Part shown: in pieces, positions 55,279-64,000 of the stretch
How the letters are laid out: every line of letters begins with the position of its first letter
Position numbering within the stretch: the first letter of the stretch is position 1
NCBI GenBank assembly: GCA_041649315.1
Contig: JBAZNJ010000005.1
Location: 709 to 64,708 of the forward strand
Direction: 5' to 3'
Length of the DNA: 64,000 nucleotides
Origin: Patescibacteria group bacterium
Lineage (GTDB): Bacteria; Patescibacteriota; Patescibacteriia; Patescibacteriales; UBA12465
Program-made: the position numbers and the translations under genes
Notes under the pieces: model-generated
The model's input: only the letters and a program-made list of their open reading frames with translations
Databases searched by the model: none
Told to the model about the DNA's origin: nothing

Positions 55279-55698
55279 TTAATCCTTGGCTTTAACCTCA
55301 ATTAAATTAGAATCAGTTTTATAAAGAGTTACTGTCAAAACCCCGTTTTCTAGTTCGGCCTCAACGCGTTTACTATCAACTTCGGCTGGTAGGATTATTG
55401 AACGGGAAAACGAACCCCAGTAACATTCACGGTATAAATAGTCCGCCTCTTTTATTTCTTCGGCTACATCGCGAGTCCCTTTAATAGTTAAAAGATCGTG
55501 TTGAAGAGAAACTTTCAAATCTTCCGGCTTAACACCGGCGATAGTGGATTTAATAATAATTTTTTCGTCGGTTTGGAAAACATCAATCGCTAATTGGCCT
55601 TCAGTTTCTCCTTCTTCATTATTAAGCCAGTCAATATTTGTTTTTTGGTCGTTTTCTGGGCTTATTTTAGAAATTTGCGAGTGTTTATTAAAAATCAT
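55279..55698 (-). CDS. Hsp20/alpha-crystallin small heat-shock protein
   Basis: Alpha-crystallin domain (AIDVFQTDEKIIIKSTIAGVKPEDLKVSL…GSFSRSIILPAEVD…AELENGVLTVTL). Start is set at the ATG at 55698; the ORF-track start is a TTG 10 codons upstream. Confidence 0.88.
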   Translation of the reverse strand: MIFNKHSQISKISPENDQKTNIDWLNNEEGETEGQLAIDVFQTDEKIIIKSTIAGVKPEDLKVSLQHDLLTIKGTRDVAEEIKEADYLYRECYWGSFSRSIILPAEVDSKRVEAELENGVLTVTLYKTDSNLIEVKAKD

Positions 55699-55775
55699 AT
55701 TTTTATTTTTCAAAAGGATTAGCGGCAACTTACTTATAATTTACCAATAATTAGGAAAAATGTAAATGAGAATAA

Positions 55776-55827
55776 AAAAAGACCCGACATTCGTCAGATC
55801 TTTTTAATTAGTGGGTCCGACAGGATT
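55776..55827. repeat. Direct repeat copy 1: orphan tRNA-Val 3' fragment (16 nt) + terminator
   Basis: 52/52 nt identical to 55989-56040 (AAAAAGACCCGACATTCGTCAGATCTTTTTAATTAGTGGGTCCGACAGGATT). It lacks the rest of the tRNA. Confidence 0.95.
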
Positions 55828-55988
55828 TCCGCCTCGCGGCGCTTAGCCGCGCCGCTCGTTGTCGCGGCGGACCCGATAAACGCTCCCCTTGGTCGCGTTT
55901 ATCGTCGCTCATTCTCTCGTCCTCTCTCCGTTCGGACTCGAGTTTCGCTCGCCGCCTGTTCTCATCCTGTCGTTGCGAGCCGTTAATT
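55828..55988. other. 161-bp GC-rich (~62% by hand count) structured insert between the direct repeats
   Basis: Perfect hairpins at 55836-55855 (GCGGCGC/GCGCCGC) and 55874-55904 (CGATAAACGC-N11-GCGTTTATCG). A 9-bp inverted repeat, 55818-55826 versus 55964-55972, pairs the tRNA fragment with the far end of the insert. Confidence 0.8.
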
Positions 55989-56024
55989 AAAAAGACCCGA
56001 CATTCGTCAGATCTTTTTAATTAG

Positions 56025-56040
<16 letters not shown>
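55989..56040. repeat. Direct repeat copy 2 (3' end of intact tRNA-Val + terminator)
   Basis: Identical to 55776-55827. Minus-sense AGAUCUGAC-GAAU-GUCGGGUCU plus U5 forms the tRNA terminator. Confidence 0.95.
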
Positions 56041-56098
<58 letters not shown>

Positions 56099-56125
56099 AT
56101 AATTTTTAATCTTTAATTTTTAGGG

Positions 56126-56199
56126 TGGGCATAGATGGACTTGAACCATCGACCCCCGCTTTATAAGAGCGGTGCTCTAACCACCTGAGCTATATGCCC
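56126..56199 (-). tRNA. tRNA-Ile (TAT anticodon)
   Basis: Acceptor GGGCATA/TATGCCC, D arm GCTC-AGGTGGTTA-GAGC, anticodon arm CCGCT-CTTATAA-AGCGG, T arm GATGG-TTCAAGT-CCATC. The body resembles bacterial tRNA-Ile. Confidence 0.9.
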
Positions 56200-56345
56200 A
56201 ATTATAATAATTAGCTTAAAAGATTGCAAGAAATTCGGATACTAAATTATTATATCGGTTGTCGGGGAGCCGAAAAACCACACTCAATAGAGCATTTAAT
56301 ATAATCCTGATAAAGCTGGCACGACAAGGCAATTATTTTATACCA

Positions 56346-57497
56346 TTATAAATTTGATTTATCAAGCTTTCGGCGCAAAGTGGCGATTATTTCCAGGGCG
56401 GCCGTATCCAAATCCTGGGCAAGGTCGACGGTAGCAATTTTAATCGTGCCGCGCGGGTCATATTCTTTTATAAACTCGAGGGCGCTGATATTTTTAAGAG
56501 AATAAACGCTTAGCTTTGTTTTCCCTGGCGCAAGAGAGCGGAAAATAGCAACGAGTTTTGCGCTCGGGACATTAGTGATCAATTCACTGACGATGTCGTT
56601 AAGATCTTCATCAATTTCTTTGTTGCCGCCGGAATCGTCCGGAGATAATTTTACCCAAAGTAGTTCGTTATTTTTTTCCGCCTGCAAGCCGCTCAAAACT
56701 TTCCCCCATAATTTTAAAGAAGTTAAATTGCGGGAACGGTAAAGATGGCTGACTATCTCCTCGCGTCGGGCGCCGAGAGCAATCAATTGGGAAGTCGTTA
56801 ATAGTGTGCGCGGCGTAAGATTCGCGGTCTTAAAATTTCTTGTTTCCTGAATTATTCCGGCTAAAAGGCAAGTAGCAATATCTTCGTCAATCATTTCTTC
56901 CTTATAATTTTTTAAAAGATAAAATAAAATTTCTGCCGTGGCTACCGCGTTTAAATCAACAAAGTTTATTTGTCCGAAATCTTCATTGGCCGAATCATGA
57001 TCGATGTTTATAATCGGGGTTTTATAGAAGAATTCAATATTGTCATCATAAATTTTATTTAAAGATTCTAAATCGTTGGCGCCTAAAGTTATTACTAAAT
57101 CATATTTGAATTCGCCGGCGCGGGCGCTCACGTCTTCCGGCTTAAACCAACCGTCGCTCGGAGAAATTATAAAATTAAGGCGATTGCCGTCAACCGTGTA
57201 TTTTATCTGGCTTACCTTTGCTTCACTGATATCGACGGAAACGATAAAGCGGCGGAGATTGCTTAGATTATTTTGGATATCGGAATAAGCTGGTAAAAAA
57301 GATAGAGGTTGCCGCGTTTCCGCTGCCTTGAAGCCGGCGATCTCCACATTTTTTTTAAGTTTTTTTAAAAATAAAAAAAGCGCCAGCGCTGAGGAGACGG
57401 CGTCACCGCTCCAATCAGCCGGAAAGACGATAAGAATATTTTTGGCCTTTTCCCATTGGCGGAAAATTTGTCGTTCTAGATCAAGCATTTTTTTCAA
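56346..57497 (-). CDS. DHH-family phosphoesterase (NrnA-like), divergent motifs
   Basis: 383 aa. DHH-type layout with …SGDAVSSALAL…, …NIDHDSAN… (DHD instead of DHH) and a DHHA1-like C-terminal domain. Assignment is moderate. Confidence 0.65.
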   Translation of the reverse strand: MKKMLDLERQIFRQWEKAKNILIVFPADWSGDAVSSALALFLFLKKLKKNVEIAGFKAAETRQPLSFLPAYSDIQNNLSNLRRFIVSVDISEAKVSQIKYTVDGNRLNFIISPSDGWFKPEDVSARAGEFKYDLVITLGANDLESLNKIYDDNIEFFYKTPIINIDHDSANEDFGQINFVDLNAVATAEILFYLLKNYKEEMIDEDIATCLLAGIIQETRNFKTANLTPRTLLTTSQLIALGARREEIVSHLYRSRNLTSLKLWGKVLSGLQAEKNNELLWVKLSPDDSGGNKEIDEDLNDIVSELITNVPSAKLVAIFRSLAPGKTKLSVYSLKNISALEFIKEYDPRGTIKIATVDLAQDLDTAALEIIATLRRKLDKSNL

Positions 57498-57574
57498 CTT
57501 AAAGCGGACGGATTTCTTCCAGTCCGACCATTAAATATATAACTATTATTAATGATAGTCAAGGGTAAATTTTG

Positions 57575-57603
57575 TTGACTTTAGGCCGTTTTTTTGGTAA
57601 TTT
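57575..57603 (+). promoter_or_regulatory. valS promoter (predicts a leaderless or near-leaderless mRNA)
   Basis: TTGACT (57575-57580), a 17-nt spacer, then TAATTT (57598-57603). Six nucleotides then separate the -10 from the ATG at 57610. Confidence 0.45.
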
Positions 57604-57609
57604 TAGAGT

Positions 57610-60279
57610 ATGAAAAAAGAATTAGACAAGGTCTATAGTCCTCAGGAAAATGAGGATGAAATTTATAAAAAATGGGAAAAATCGGGTTATTTCAACCCCG
57701 ATAATTTAAATTTGTCAAGCGAAGCGCCAAGCTATACGATTGTTTTGCCGCCGCCGAACATTACGGCGAAATTACACATCGGTCATAGCGCCATGCTGGC
57801 GATTGAGGACCTATTAATTCGTTACCATCGGCTTAAAGGGGAAAGAACTCTTTGGGTGCCGGGGACTGATCATGCCGCGATTGCAACGCAAAACGCGGTT
57901 GAGAAAAAGCTTTTAAAAGAAACCGGGAAAACCCGGCATGATTTTGGCCGGGAAAAATTTTTAAATGAAGTTTGGAAATTTGTTGAAGAGACCCAGGCGC
58001 TTATTTTGCGGCAAACCAAGAAAATGGGCGCGTCGTTGGATTGGGATCGCTTGGCTTTTACGCTTGACGCTCCCCGGCAAGAAGCGGTTAAGAAAATGTT
58101 TATTGATATGTATGAAGCCGGGGCGATTTATCGCGGCGAGCGGATCGTTAATTGGTGTCCGCGCTGCCAATCAACCTTAGCCGATGATGAAGTTGAATAT
58201 CAGGAACAGCCGGCTAAATTATATACTTTTAAATACGATAAGAATTTTCCGATTACTATTTCAACTACTCGGCCGGAAACGAAACTCGGCGATACGGCCG
58301 TGGCGGTTAATCAGAAAGACGAGAGATATAAACAATATATCGGGAAAGAATACCAGGTAAGTTTTTGCGGGCAAGCGTTAAAGATTAAAATTATTTCTGA
58401 TCGAAACGTGGAGCCGGAATTTGGGACAGGTGCTTTAGGCGTTACGCCGGCGCATTCAATAATTGATTGGCAGATGGCGGAGAAAAACGATTTGGAAATC
58501 GTTAAAGTAATTGATGAACAAGGAAAGATTAGAGATGGGTTTGGAAAATATTCCGGATTGAGCGTTATGGCCGCGCGGGAAAAAATTGTGGATGAGTTAC
58601 GAAAAAGTGGCCTTTTAGAAAAAGAAGAAGATATCGTTAATAATTTATCGCTTTGCTATCGTTGTGAATCCCCGATCGAACCCCTGCCCTCTAAACAATG
58701 GTTTGTAGCGGTTGATAAGAAGTTAGAATGTTTGAATAATAAATCTTTAAAAGAAAAGGCGATTGAAGCGGCGCAAAAAACCGGAGAGACGTCGGCCGAG
58801 ATAGAATTTATTCCTAACCGTTTTACTAAGCGGTATTTAGATTGGATGGAAAATTTGCATGATTGGTGTGTTTCGCGGCAAATTTGGTTCGGGCATCAGA
58901 TTCCGGCCTGGTATCGGATGGTTGGCGAGAAGGAAGAAATTTTTGTCGGAGAAAATACGCCAGACGGAGAAGGATGGACGCAAGACACTGATACTTTAGA
59001 CACTTGGTTTTCTTCCGGCATGTGGACCTTTTCGACTTTGGGCTGGCCGGACAATTTTAAAGACGGAAAGAAAAGCGGAGATTTAACCAGGTTCCATCCG
59101 ACCCAGGTTTTAGAAACTGGTTACGAAATTTTAACCCTTTGGGTCTCCCGGATGATTATGATGTCATTTTTTGCGATAGGAGAGATTCCTTTTCAGAAAG
59201 TTTATCTGCATGGAACGATTTTAGATAAACACGGAAAGAAAATGTCAAAATCTAAAGGTAATGGCGTTGATCCTTTAGAAATTATTGAAAGTTATGGCGC
59301 TGATGCCCTACGCCTATCCTTGCTTATGGGAGCGACACCGGGCAATGATTCGCGCTTCAGCGAAGAAAAAGTTGAGGCCAAGCGAAATTTTATTAATAAA
59401 CTATGGAATATTTCCCGTTTTATTTTAAGCAGTACTGATGAAAAATTTTATGTGACGGCAAATAATAAATTGCCAAAGCTTAAAACCGCAAGCGATAAAT
59501 GGATTGTTTGGATGATGAATAATTTAATTGAACAGGTGTCGGTAAATTTGGAAAATTTTGATTTTTCTTTAGCCGCGGAAACTCTAACCAGTTTCACCTG
59601 GGACGCTTTGGCGGATTGGTATTTGGAAATTGCTAAAGTAGAAAAAGATAAAGAAGAAATTTTAATTTATTTGTTAAAGAATTTATTAATTCTTTGGCAT
59701 CCTTTTATTCCTTTTGTGACTGAGAAAATTTGGTCCGGTTTTGGTGATGACGCGGGCAAGTTATTAATAATTGAACCTTGGCCGGAAAGTAGTAAAGATA
59801 AAAAAATAGAAAATAAAGAGGTTTTAGAATTTAGTAAAATTATTAAGATTATTCAGAAAATAAGAGAATTGCGGGCTGAAAATAAAATTGAGCCAAAAAA
59901 TAAGATTAAAGCACTTATTTACGCGCATGATAATTTAGCCATAGTCAAAAGCCAAGCGCTTTTAATCCAGAGTTTAAGGACTAATTTAAGCGAATTAGAA
60001 ATCAAAGAAAGCGGCGATCAAATTTCTGAAGCAATCGGCGGCGTAGTTGAAGGGATGGAAATATTCTTATTTGGCGGGGTCGATAAAGAAAAAGAACGGG
60101 CGCGTTTAACTAAAGAAAAAGCTAATTTAGAAAAAGTTATCGCTCTCCAGGAACAGAAATTAGCTAATTCTGATTTTGTGTCGCGTGCTCCGGCCACAAT
60201 CGTTGAAGCAGAAAAGAATAAGCTAGCTAATTATAAAGATGAGCTAGAAAAAATAGTTAAGATAAATAACGCCTTATGA
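57610..60279 (+). CDS. valS: Valyl-tRNA synthetase
   Basis: 889 aa. HIGH (LHIGHS) and KMSKS motifs, a CP1 editing domain, and a C-terminal coiled coil. Confidence 0.96.
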   Translation: MKKELDKVYSPQENEDEIYKKWEKSGYFNPDNLNLSSEAPSYTIVLPPPNITAKLHIGHSAMLAIEDLLIRYHRLKGERTLWVPGTDHAAIATQNAVEKKLLKETGKTRHDFGREKFLNEVWKFVEETQALILRQTKKMGASLDWDRLAFTLDAPRQEAVKKMFIDMYEAGAIYRGERIVNWCPRCQSTLADDEVEYQEQPAKLYTFKYDKNFPITISTTRPETKLGDTAVAVNQKDERYKQYIGKEYQVSFCGQALKIKIISDRNVEPEFGTGALGVTPAHSIIDWQMAEKNDLEIVKVIDEQGKIRDGFGKYSGLSVMAAREKIVDELRKSGLLEKEEDIVNNLSLCYRCESPIEPLPSKQWFVAVDKKLECLNNKSLKEKAIEAAQKTGETSAEIEFIPNRFTKRYLDWMENLHDWCVSRQIWFGHQIPAWYRMVGEKEEIFVGENTPDGEGWTQDTDTLDTWFSSGMWTFSTLGWPDNFKDGKKSGDLTRFHPTQVLETGYEILTLWVSRMIMMSFFAIGEIPFQKVYLHGTILDKHGKKMSKSKGNGVDPLEIIESYGADALRLSLLMGATPGNDSRFSEEKVEAKRNFINKLWNISRFILSSTDEKFYVTANNKLPKLKTASDKWIVWMMNNLIEQVSVNLENFDFSLAAETLTSFTWDALADWYLEIAKVEKDKEEILIYLLKNLLILWHPFIPFVTEKIWSGFGDDAGKLLIIEPWPESSKDKKIENKEVLEFSKIIKIIQKIRELRAENKIEPKNKIKALIYAHDNLAIVKSQALLIQSLRTNLSELEIKESGDQISEAIGGVVEGMEIFLFGGVDKEKERARLTKEKANLEKVIALQEQKLANSDFVSRAPATIVEAEKNKLANYKDELEKIVKINNAL

Positions 60280-60668
60280 CTTTAAAAAGCTATTTAGCGG
60301 TTATGGGGACGCTCACCGTAGTTTGCTGGGGGATTTTTTTATTTGTTGCCGGCTTGGTTGATCCAATGAGCACTAATTGGCTCGGTTTCCTCTTGTTTTA
60401 TGCGGCGCTTTTTGCTTCTTTAAGCGGGACGATCGCCCTAATCGGCTTTATTATTCGTTTTGCTTTTAATAAGAAGGGCGAGCCGGTTTTTAATTTAGTT
60501 AAGATTGCTTTTCGCCAATCATTTTTATTTTCTTTATTTATAGTCTTCCTGTTGTTTTTAAAAGCGCAAGACCTTTTTAATTGGCTGAACCTTTTTTTGC
60601 TTTTAATAATTTTTACGATCATTGAATTGTTTTTGATCAGTTATAAAAAGGCCGGCAAAAGAGTATAA
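60276..60668 (+). CDS. Small membrane protein (130 aa, 4 TM), unknown function
   Basis: The start overlaps the valS stop by 4 nt (ATGA). Four hydrophobic helices. No family recognised. Confidence 0.55.
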   Translation: MTLKSYLAVMGTLTVVCWGIFLFVAGLVDPMSTNWLGFLLFYAALFASLSGTIALIGFIIRFAFNKKGEPVFNLVKIAFRQSFLFSLFIVFLLFLKAQDLFNWLNLFLLLIIFTIIELFLISYKKAGKRV

Positions 60669-60741
60669 ATAGTGGGGCGAGAGAACATAAGCAAACAATA
60701 ATAAATAAGCCAGGGTAAATAATTTAGGTTAGTTTAATAAT

Positions 60742-61770
60742 ATGAAAAATAAATTAATAAAGTTGCGCGAAGAATTCCTGGCTCGTTTAGCCGAGGTAAA
60801 AAATAGCGAGCATTTGCGCGAATTAGAGTTGAAATATTTATCCCGTAAAGGCGAATTAAGCGAAGTTTTGCATGGCTTAAAAGAATTAAGCATTGAGGCG
60901 CGTCGTGAAGCCGGAGAATTAGCCAACAAAATAAAAGGAGAATTACAGGAAAAATTTTTAGCTATCAGCGAATCCTTAGGGCAAGGAGTGGAAAAAATTG
61001 GCGCGAGCGACCCGACTTTGCCGGGAGAAAAATTTCCGCGCGGGCATCTGAATCCAATCACTTTAGTCCAGAATGAGTTAGAAGACCTGTTTATTTCCAT
61101 GGGCTTTATGATTTTAGACGGGCCGGAGCTAGAAAGTGATTATTATAATTTTACGGCCTTGAATGTTCCTCCGTCTCATCCGGCGCGGGATATGCAGGAC
61201 ACTTTTTATATTGACCATAAAAATAAAGATGGCGAATATGATTTATTAATGCGGACGCAAACTTCCCCGGTCCAGATTCGAGCAATGCAGAAATACGGCG
61301 CGCCGCTTCGAGCCTTGATGCCGGGGCGCTGTTTCCGGAACGAGGCGACTGACGCTCGCCATGAGCATACATTTTATCAAGTAGAAGGCCTTTTGATTGA
61401 TAAGAAAATAAATTTCGCGAATTTAAAAAGTTTATTGGAAATCGTTGGCCAAAAATTATTCGGGCCGGATACTAAACTGCGCATGCGGCCAAAATTCTTC
61501 CCTTTTGTCGAGCCGGGCAATAATGGTGAATATACTTGTTTTTTGTGCGGCGGGAAAGGCTGTCGGGTTTGTAAGAATACCGGCTGGTTAGAAATCGTCG
61601 GTGCCGGCTTAGTTCATCCTTCAGTTTTGCGCGCCGGCGGGATCGATCCGGAAATTTATTCCGGCCTCGCTTTCGGCTTCGGCTTAAACCGCCTGGCCAT
61701 GTTGAAATATAATATTAACGACGTTCGTTTGTTTAATAGCGGCGATTTAAAATTTTTAGAGCAATTTTAG
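60742..61770 (+). CDS. pheS: Phenylalanyl-tRNA synthetase alpha subunit
   Basis: 342 aa. Class II motifs …HPARDMQDTFY…, …LMRTQTSPVQIR…, …GRCFRNE… and …GFGLNRLAM…. Confidence 0.95.
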   Translation: MKNKLIKLREEFLARLAEVKNSEHLRELELKYLSRKGELSEVLHGLKELSIEARREAGELANKIKGELQEKFLAISESLGQGVEKIGASDPTLPGEKFPRGHLNPITLVQNELEDLFISMGFMILDGPELESDYYNFTALNVPPSHPARDMQDTFYIDHKNKDGEYDLLMRTQTSPVQIRAMQKYGAPLRALMPGRCFRNEATDARHEHTFYQVEGLLIDKKINFANLKSLLEIVGQKLFGPDTKLRMRPKFFPFVEPGNNGEYTCFLCGGKGCRVCKNTGWLEIVGAGLVHPSVLRAGGIDPEIYSGLAFGFGLNRLAMLKYNINDVRLFNSGDLKFLEQF

Positions 61771-61858
61771 TTTAAGGATTGCCACTTGAGTCCTTAAAAG
61801 AGTTTTCGGCAATAATCCTTGTGAGCAACAGTTTATTATAATTTTTAGTCATAACTTT

Positions 61859-64000
61859 ATGTATATTTCTCTTAATTGGTTGAAAGATTTCGTAAAAATA
61901 CCGGGGAAGACAAGCGCGGAAGAAGTCGCCGCGGCGTTAACTAGCCATACGGTTGAAGTTGAAGGATTGCTTAGCCAGGCGGAAAAATTTTCCCAGGTTG
62001 TTGTTGGGAAAGTTTTGGAAGCAGAAAAGCATCCGAACGCCGATCGTTTGCGCGTTACGGTCGTTGATGTCGGCACGGCCAAGCTCCAGATTGTTTGCGG
62101 CGCTCCGAATGTGGCCGCCGGGCAGATGGTCGCGGTCGCTTTAGTCGGCGCGGTTTTGCCTAACGGATTAGAAATAAAAGAAGCGGAAATCCGGGGAGAA
62201 AAATCTTATGGAATGATTTGCGCTGAAGATGAGCTGGGCCTAGGAAAAAACCATGAAGGAATTATGGTTTTAAATAATAAAGCCAAGATTGGCCAATCTT
62301 TTGCCGCTTATTTAAAAACAGAAGACATTGTTTTGGAAATAGACAATAAATCCTTATCCAATCGCCCGGATCTACTTAACCATTACGGCCTGGCGCGGGA
62401 ATTGTCGGCGATTTTTAATTTACCACTTAAAGATTATGATAAATTTTTCAATAGCGACCAGCAGAAAATTTTAATGGGCTTGGATGAAAAAAAATCCGGG
62501 CGAAAGAAATCATTAGTCGAAGAAGGGGCTAAATCGGAGCTGGAAGTAAAAGTTGAAGAAAAAGAACTTTGTCCGCGCTATCTAGCACTTCGGGTCGATA
62601 ATGTTAAAGTAGAAGAATCACCGGCTTGGCTCAAGGAACGCTTAATCGCGGTCGGCCAGCGGCCGATTAATAATATCGTGGATCTCACTAATTACGTGAT
62701 GTTTGACTGCGGCCAGCCGCTCCATGCCTTTGACGCGGATAAAGTTAAAAAAATCGTAGTGCGCCGGGCGCATCCGGACGAAATAATCGAGACCTTGGAC
62801 GAAAAAGAAAGATCTTTAAATGAAGATAACTTATTGATTACCGACGGACAAAAAGCTTTGGCCATCGCCGGAGTGATGGGCGGACGGGAGAGCGAAATCA
62901 GCCCGGAAACTAAAGCAATAATTTTAGAAGCGGCTAACTTTGAGGCGGCAACAGTGCGGAAAACTTCTCAGAGGTTAGGTTTGCGCACCGAATCCTCGGT
63001 CCGTTTTGAAAAATCTTTAGATCCGCAGCTCCCGTCCCTGGCAGTTTCCCGCTTTTTAGCTTTATTAAAGAAAGTTTGTCCGGAAATGAAAATCAGCGGC
63101 CACTTAATAGATATTAATAATACTAAGAATGAAATAAAAAATGTTGAATTAGATTTAAATTGGTTAGAAGAAAAAATCGGTCAGGAAATTCCGCGCGAAC
63201 GAGCGAGTGCAATTTTAGAACGGCTTGGGTTTGCCGTGGTTAGAGGAGAGGGAGATTTTTTAAAGATAAATATTCCTTCCTGGCGAGCGACGAAGGATGT
63301 TTCCGGCAAAGAAGATATTGCCGAAGAAATTTTACGGCTTTACGGTTATGATAATATTCCTTCTTGTTTGCCGGCGCTTACGATTGCGCCGCCGGAAATA
63401 AATGAAGAAAGACGGTTGGAAAGAAAAATTAAAAATATTTTAGCCCTAAAGCACTCTTTAAACGAAAGCTATAATTATTCTTTTGTGAACGAGGATTGGC
63501 TTGGCAAATTAGGCATTGATTTCTTAAAGCATTTGCGTTTAGCCAATCCGCTTTCCGAAGAACAGACGCTGCTTCGCCAATCTTTAGTTCCGGGCTTAGT
63601 CGGAAATGTTAAAAGCAATCAGGCGAAAAGCGATAATTTTGGTTTTTTTGAATTCGGCAGCGTGTTTTTTAATGCTTTAGGAAATTTAAGGAAGGACATT
63701 GATCCGGGTAGTCGGATTCTTTATCAAGAAAAAAGATTGGGCCTGGTTTTGGCTGATGACAAAGACGAACCCTTCGGGCGCTTGAAAGGAATGATTAGTG
63801 GCTTATTTCAAGAATTGATTGCTTATGATTTTGAAACTGAATTTTTGATTCCGGATATTTTTCCGGCTTGGGCCGAGCAATCTGCGGCAGTAAAAATAAT
63901 TATTTCTGGCGAAGAAATCGGCGTGGTCGCTAAATTATCCGACCAGGCGAAGACAAATTTGAATTTAAAGAAAAAAGTCGCCTTGGCCGAACTTAACTTT
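61859..64000 (+). CDS. pheT: Phenylalanyl-tRNA synthetase beta subunit (3'-truncated by window end)
   Basis: Translated by hand from the ATG at 61859: MYISLNWLKDFVKIPGKTSAEEVAAALTSHTVEVEG… The frame stays open to 64000 and includes tRNA-binding, B3/4 and B5 region motifs (…EKHPNADRLRV…). It is absent from the ORF track because no stop falls in the window. Confidence 0.93.
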   Translation, partial: MYISLNWLKDFVKIPGKTSAEEVAAALTSHTVEVEGLLSQAEKFSQVVVGKVLEAEKHPNADRLRVTVVDVGTAKLQIVCGAPNVAAGQMVAVALVGAVLPNGLEIKEAEIRGEKSYGMICAEDELGLGKNHEGIMVLNNKAKIGQSFAAYLKTEDIVLEIDNKSLSNRPDLLNHYGLARELSAIFNLPLKDYDKFFNSDQQKILMGLDEKKSGRKKSLVEEGAKSELEVKVEEKELCPRYLALRVDNVKVEESPAWLKERLIAVGQRPINNIVDLTNYVMFDCGQPLHAFDADKVKKIVVRRAHPDEIIETLDEKERSLNEDNLLITDGQKALAIAGVMGGRESEISPETKAIILEAANFEAATVRKTSQRLGLRTESSVRFEKSLDPQLPSLAVSRFLALLKKVCPEMKISGHLIDINNTKNEIKNVELDLNWLEEKIGQEIPRERASAILERLGFAVVRGEGDFLKINIPSWRATKDVSGKEDIAEEILRLYGYDNIPSCLPALTIAPPEINEERRLERKIKNILALKHSLNESYNYSFVNEDWLGKLGIDFLKHLRLANPLSEEQTLLRQSLVPGLVGNVKSNQAKSDNFGFFEFGSVFFNALGNLRKDIDPGSRILYQEKRLGLVLADDKDEPFGRLKGMISGLFQELIAYDFETEFLIPDIFPAWAEQSAAVKIIISGEEIGVVAKLSDQAKTNLNLKKKVALAELNF

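Overview
The window looks like a chromosomal segment from a small, AT-rich bacterium (about 40% GC by eye). Standard genetic code applies: TGA is used as a stop, for example in yidD and the Elp3-like gene. The gene content resembles Patescibacteria/CPR. This is an inference from several observations: a 23S rRNA with no 16S upstream, DUF5652- and DUF4342-type small proteins, a TrbC/VirB2-like pilin, a solitary PilT, a bacterial Elp3 homologue, a membrane H+-pyrophosphatase, K/E-rich tails on housekeeping proteins, and almost no biosynthetic genes.

The window includes the replication-origin neighbourhood (dnaN<-dnaA | rpmH->rnpA->yidD->yidC). It also carries many translation and transcription genes: rpmF-nusB-rnc-pilT, ftsH, rpsA, nusA, tig, smpB plus tmRNA, valS and pheST. 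There are six tRNAs, a 5' fragment of 23S rRNA, envelope genes (PBP1A, flippase, VanW, DsbA-like), and carbon and folate genes (glgP-type phosphorylase, PMM/PGM, GDH, glyA-folD).

Observations most worth a second look:
1. A perfect 52-bp direct repeat, made of the tRNA-Val T-loop-to-3' end plus its terminator, brackets a 161-bp GC-rich structured insert. This looks like an att-site scar, a miniature integrative element, or a novel RNA.
2. A tRNA-Ile with a UAU anticodon.
3. An orphan promoter, a 21-codon leaderless ORF and a terminator, together in the Elp3-glyA spacer.
4. A wHTH-MNT/HEPN toxin-antitoxin-like pair beside a tRNA/tmRNA cluster.
5. A non-canonical CsoR-family repressor whose C5-N-G5 operator sits inside its own leaderless promoter.
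6. A predicted pseudoknot in the rpsA leader.
7. A disrupted RluA-family gene.

No CRISPR array, transposase or integrase gene was recognised. All coordinates and counts were derived by hand from the sequence. No database search was possible.
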